Assembly: GCF_039654945.1 (NCBI RefSeq)
Contig: NW_027361688.1
Coordinates: 31,310,001 to 31,374,000, forward strand
Length of the DNA: 64,000 nucleotides
Direction: 5' to 3'
DNA from: Dendrobates tinctorius
Lineage: Eukaryota
Under the pieces are notes generated by a model. The model saw only the letters and a list, made by a program, of their open reading frames with translations, was not told the origin of the DNA and did not search any database. Shown piece after piece: positions 62,498-64,000 of the stretch. The first letter of the stretch is position 1. Every line of letters starts with the position of its first letter. Position numbers and translations under genes: made by a program.

Positions 62498-63464
62498 CAG
62501 GGCGGACCCCCAAATGTCCATTAGTGACCTCAATGACCAGCTTAACCCCTTCATAGTTTACACATGCAGCTGTAGTTTACACAAGACTATTTTTAAAAAA
62601 TGTCAAAACATGTCATCATTATATCAAAGGGTTCTTTGCAGTTAGAGCAGTAAATTATGGAATATCCTTCCCCAAGGGGTAATAATGGCAGATGCGTATC
62701 TGAAAACAAATGGGTTTGGGAATTTTTCAACATTTTGGTCTCCATATGGCTCAGATGTGGCTGTGATAATACAGATGTGCAGATTTCAAATGCACAGTGT
62801 AAAAATACATTTTTTAGGTCGGGGGGTGCACGACAAGTTGGGCTATGACACCATTTACAGGACCAGAGATCGCCGGATACTACTACATTGCAGCATAGTG
62901 CAAGCGTACGGGGTTTGGCACAGGATTTTGGAGGAAATCATTTTGTGATATGTTTTAGCAAAAAGCTTTTCTGTCAGGCTCTATTCACACATCAGTATTT
63001 TTGATCAATATTTCATCAGGTATTTGTGTGCCGAAACCAGGAGTGTCTCCATACACAGAACAGGTATCAATCTTTCAATCATAGGTTTTCTCTGTTCGAT
63101 CCCTCCTGGTTTTGGCATACAAAGGGAAGATGCAGATGACCGTATGTTCTCCCTCCCAGCAAAACAGTCCGATAATGATAATCACACTGTGATCAGAGTT
63201 TGATCAGAGTGGAAACTGTTTTTCTCAGAGGTGAAGAATTAAAAAAAAAAAAAGGTTTCTCTGTCTCCTACCTAGTCTGTGTGTGAAAATCGGACTGCAC
63301 TTGGATGTCAGCCAAGTGCAGTCCAATTTTTTCCACGGATGCATAGACATGAATGGGCGAGTGCCATCCGATTCTCGGAGGCAAATTGTGCATGTTGGGA
63401 TTTTTTCCTTCGGACCTACCGAAACTACGGTCGTTTGCGCGAGCCCAATTACTGATGGCTAAAA

Positions 63465-63866
63465 GGCTTGTTCACACAACAGTCTTTGGTCAGTATGTAG
63501 CGTAAACGTGGTGTTTTTTTCCTGCTGCTTTCTATGTGCACGTTTTCTGCAAAAAATGTGCAGATAAAATGTTTTCACCAAATTACGCAATTTTTGGTGC
63601 GCGTTCCCCTGTATTTGATGCACTATTTAGTACAGATTTCAGAATTCCGAAATTAAAAAATACAACTACTTTTTAACACGTATTTTAGCCTTTAGAGAAT
63701 AAAAACAAAAAACGCACAAAAAAACATCCAGTCTCACAGCGTTTTTAAACGCAGAGTGGGCAGGAGTTTTCATGAAACAACATCCACCTTGCTTATATGG
63801 TGAAACAGCAAATTTTTGCATAAACATTTCAATGGAAAAAAAAATTGCGCTGTGTGTGAACAAGGC
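63465..63866. mobile_element. Degenerate Harbinger-type MITE
   Basis: GGCTTGTTCACACAACAG...CTGTGTGTGAACAAGGC. Confidence 0.55.
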
Positions 63867-64000
63867 GTAGAATCAGCAGGAAACCGAGGCGCAATGGAGC
63901 CAATATAGCCACTGGCTATTGTACACATCATTTACAAATGTTATTCCTCCATCACTGCATTATAGTCTCATCCCTGAAGTGGACGTTCCTCTGTATGGCT

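Overview
Vertebrate genomic DNA, most likely a frog (inferred from the repeat families and the ZPB cluster). The left half (1-31.2 kb) is a nested transposon pile. It holds the end of a Harbinger element with a spliced MADF gene, a fold-back hAT (hATm-like) element, and two head-to-tail DIRS1-like tyrosine-recombinase retrotransposons (about 6.0-31.2 kb) at a site resembling their own circle junction. The older DIRS copy is interrupted by several members of one LTR family (tRNA-Ser(CGA)-type PBS, 4-bp TSD). The internal region of that family has no recognisable gag or pol. It carries one ORF with a fixed N- and C-terminus and an exchangeable middle, and one version contains a cold-shock (Y-box-type) domain. 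This is the best candidate for an undescribed system. The right half (31.4-62.5 kb) has three intact, diverged, tandem minus-strand ZP4/ZPB-like egg-coat genes (trefoil + ZP module + furin site + TM). They share an E-box/CCAAT/TATA promoter module and an AATAAA overlapping the stop codon. Between them lie palindromic MITEs, a SINE, a LINE remnant and degenerate hammerhead-ribozyme (Penelope-like) repeats. All exon boundaries and alignments were read by eye; no database search was run.
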